A stretch of 20,000 nt of DNA from Picochlorum sp. SENEW3. Lineage: Eukaryota. The notes beneath the pieces were generated by a model, which saw only the letters and a program-made list of their open reading frames with translations, ran no database searches and was not told where the DNA came from. Both the position numbers and the translations under genes were made by a program. Below, piece by piece: positions 18,355-20,000 of this stretch (its first letter is position 1; the number at the start of each line of letters is the position of its first letter). The DNA lies in contig CP120457.1 in assembly GCA_034226945.1 (NCBI GenBank), forward strand, positions 1,113,346-1,133,345, in the 5' to 3' direction.

Positions 18355-20000
18355 ATTGTATATATATATTACTATCCTACTACTATTCTATCCTCATTGC
18401 AACTCATGAAGTCTAAGTAAGCGTTCCATGCATGATGATGATACTGATAGTAGTTGCTCCAGCCTTGCAACTGCTGCAACGGTACTCTAGTGCTTGCCAC
18501 AGCTTGGTTCTTGTTGTTGTTGTTGTGAAGAAGACGATTTCCTTTCATTCTTTTTCTCCTTTCCTGTCTCTTGTTTATTTATTCTTTTCATATACTTCTT
18601 ATTATACCTCTCTCTGGTCTTCTTGTCGCTGTTGTTCTTTGTGGAGACAGACTTCATGGCACCACCTTGTTGTGAAGACGACGATTTGTTTTCATTTCAT
18701 TCTTGTTCCATGATGTCTTTTCCTTATATATTCATTTCACAGTTATTATTCTAACTCTTATATAATAAACTCTTTCTCTATCTCACATGTTGTCTGTGAG
18801 TCGAGCTCCAGGTTGTTCTTCTTGTGTGCATGAGACTTGTGTGCTTTGTTGTGTTCTGTTATTATTGGTTGCTATTATTGCTCATGTCGATTGTTGTTGT
18901 GCATGTTATAATCATTATTACATTATTACTACTATTATGAGATATTTACTTTCTTCTTCTTTTGATTGCTTTGCTTCTTTGTTTGTTGGTGTGTTGTCTA
19001 GTGTTATTATAGCAGCAGCAGCAGTAGTAGTAGTAGTAGTAGTGGTGGTGTGAATGCTGGATGGTTGTTGATTTATTGTATTGTTGTTGTTGTTGTTGTG
19101 TGGGGTGGCTGTTTTAGACACCCTTGCTTGGTTTGGTTGGTATTTTTTGGTGGTGGTCCCAGTCAAGTCCTTTAAGAAGTCAAGGGGTGGTGATGATGAC
19201 GGGAAGATCGCCATTCTTGTTGTTCCGAGATGCTCCCTCTTCTTCAGACATGTGGCAGCAGACCACTGTTTGTTTTGCACTGGGTGTGCGACGCTTTTTT
19301 TTTAATGATGGGTGTTTATTATCATTATTATTATTATTGGTATTCTTCTTCTTACTTACTTAATATTGTGTCCTTCTGTTGTTGCTGTTGTGAAGAAGAA
19401 GACAGAGATTCTTTTCATTCATGCATAGCATAGTATAGTATTAGATTGTTGTTGTGTCATTATGATTATTATGAGATTTGTATCTTTTGATTTTGGTTTT
19501 GCTTTGCTAATTTTTGTGTTGGTTGCTGTTGTTGTTGTCTTCTCTTGTTGTTGTAGTAGTAGTAGTAGTAGGAGGAGGAGTAGTAGTAGCAGAGCTTGTG
19601 GTGTGCCGTGTCTCTTGTTGTTGTCGTTGTTGTTGTCGTTGTATATATAGTATAGGTGGTTATTATACTACTACTTATTCTTCTTCTTGATATTGTATTG
19701 TATATTCTGGTTCTTTTGGTGGTGTTTTTGGATGTTTTTTTAGTTGGTGTGTTTTTTTGGTTAGGGTATTTTGGTCTTGTTGGTGGTGTTTTTTCTTGGC
19801 TTTATTTTTGATTTTTTGGATATTTTCTTATTTTTGGGTAGTTTGTATATTATTTAATTTAGAAATCGTGTTTATTTTTGTTTGTGTGGTGGGAAGTGGG
19901 GTGAATATGTGGATATATACCCTCATTACCCTCATGCCAAGGAACGACGGTATGCACAGGGTATAGGGTATAGGGAGCAATACGTAACTGAACGAAGTAC
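18355..20000. repeat. T/G-skewed low-complexity microsatellite-rich tract, probably subtelomeric
   Basis: (TTG)n, (GTA)n, (TTA)n and (TTC)n runs; recurring gttgtgaaga..acga/agaga..ttttcattc motif near 18520, 18668 and 19387; AGGGTATAGGGTATAGGG at 19958..19975. Confidence 0.8.

Noticed and set aside
18432..19966. Hydrophobic or Cys-rich ORFs in the terminal tract
   Set aside because: Translation artefacts of (TTG)n/(TTC)n/(GTA)n repeats.

Overview
Gene-dense eukaryotic DNA with short GT-AG introns, intergenic gaps of 23-270 bp between most genes and plant/green-algal protein families. It is most consistent with a compact green-algal (trebouxiophyte, Picochlorum-like) nuclear genome; the taxon is an inference. 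Positions 1-14327 hold the 5' part of UVSSA, a coiled-coil orphan, a UVR+SnoaL protein, a bacterial-GabT-type class III aminotransferase directly followed by glutamate decarboxylase (candidate GABA-shunt gene pair), a 4-exon TAF2, an EFFECTOR OF TRANSCRIPTION-like GIY-YIG protein, a bacterial-like SnoaL/NTF2 protein, a decayed C4 zinc-finger ORF and a PiT/PHO4 (PTB) phosphate transporter. After 14327 recognisable genes stop. That part has a recent ~400 bp duplication, an older three-copy repeat family, a tRNA-like 5' fragment, gene relics and a T/G-skewed low-complexity tract ending in TATAGGG repeats, which suggests a subtelomere. Best leads: the aminotransferase-GAD pair with twin perfect palindromes between the genes, the algal ET-like GIY-YIG gene 30 bp behind TAF2, and the HGT candidate. 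All family calls are by eye from remembered motifs; no searches were run.
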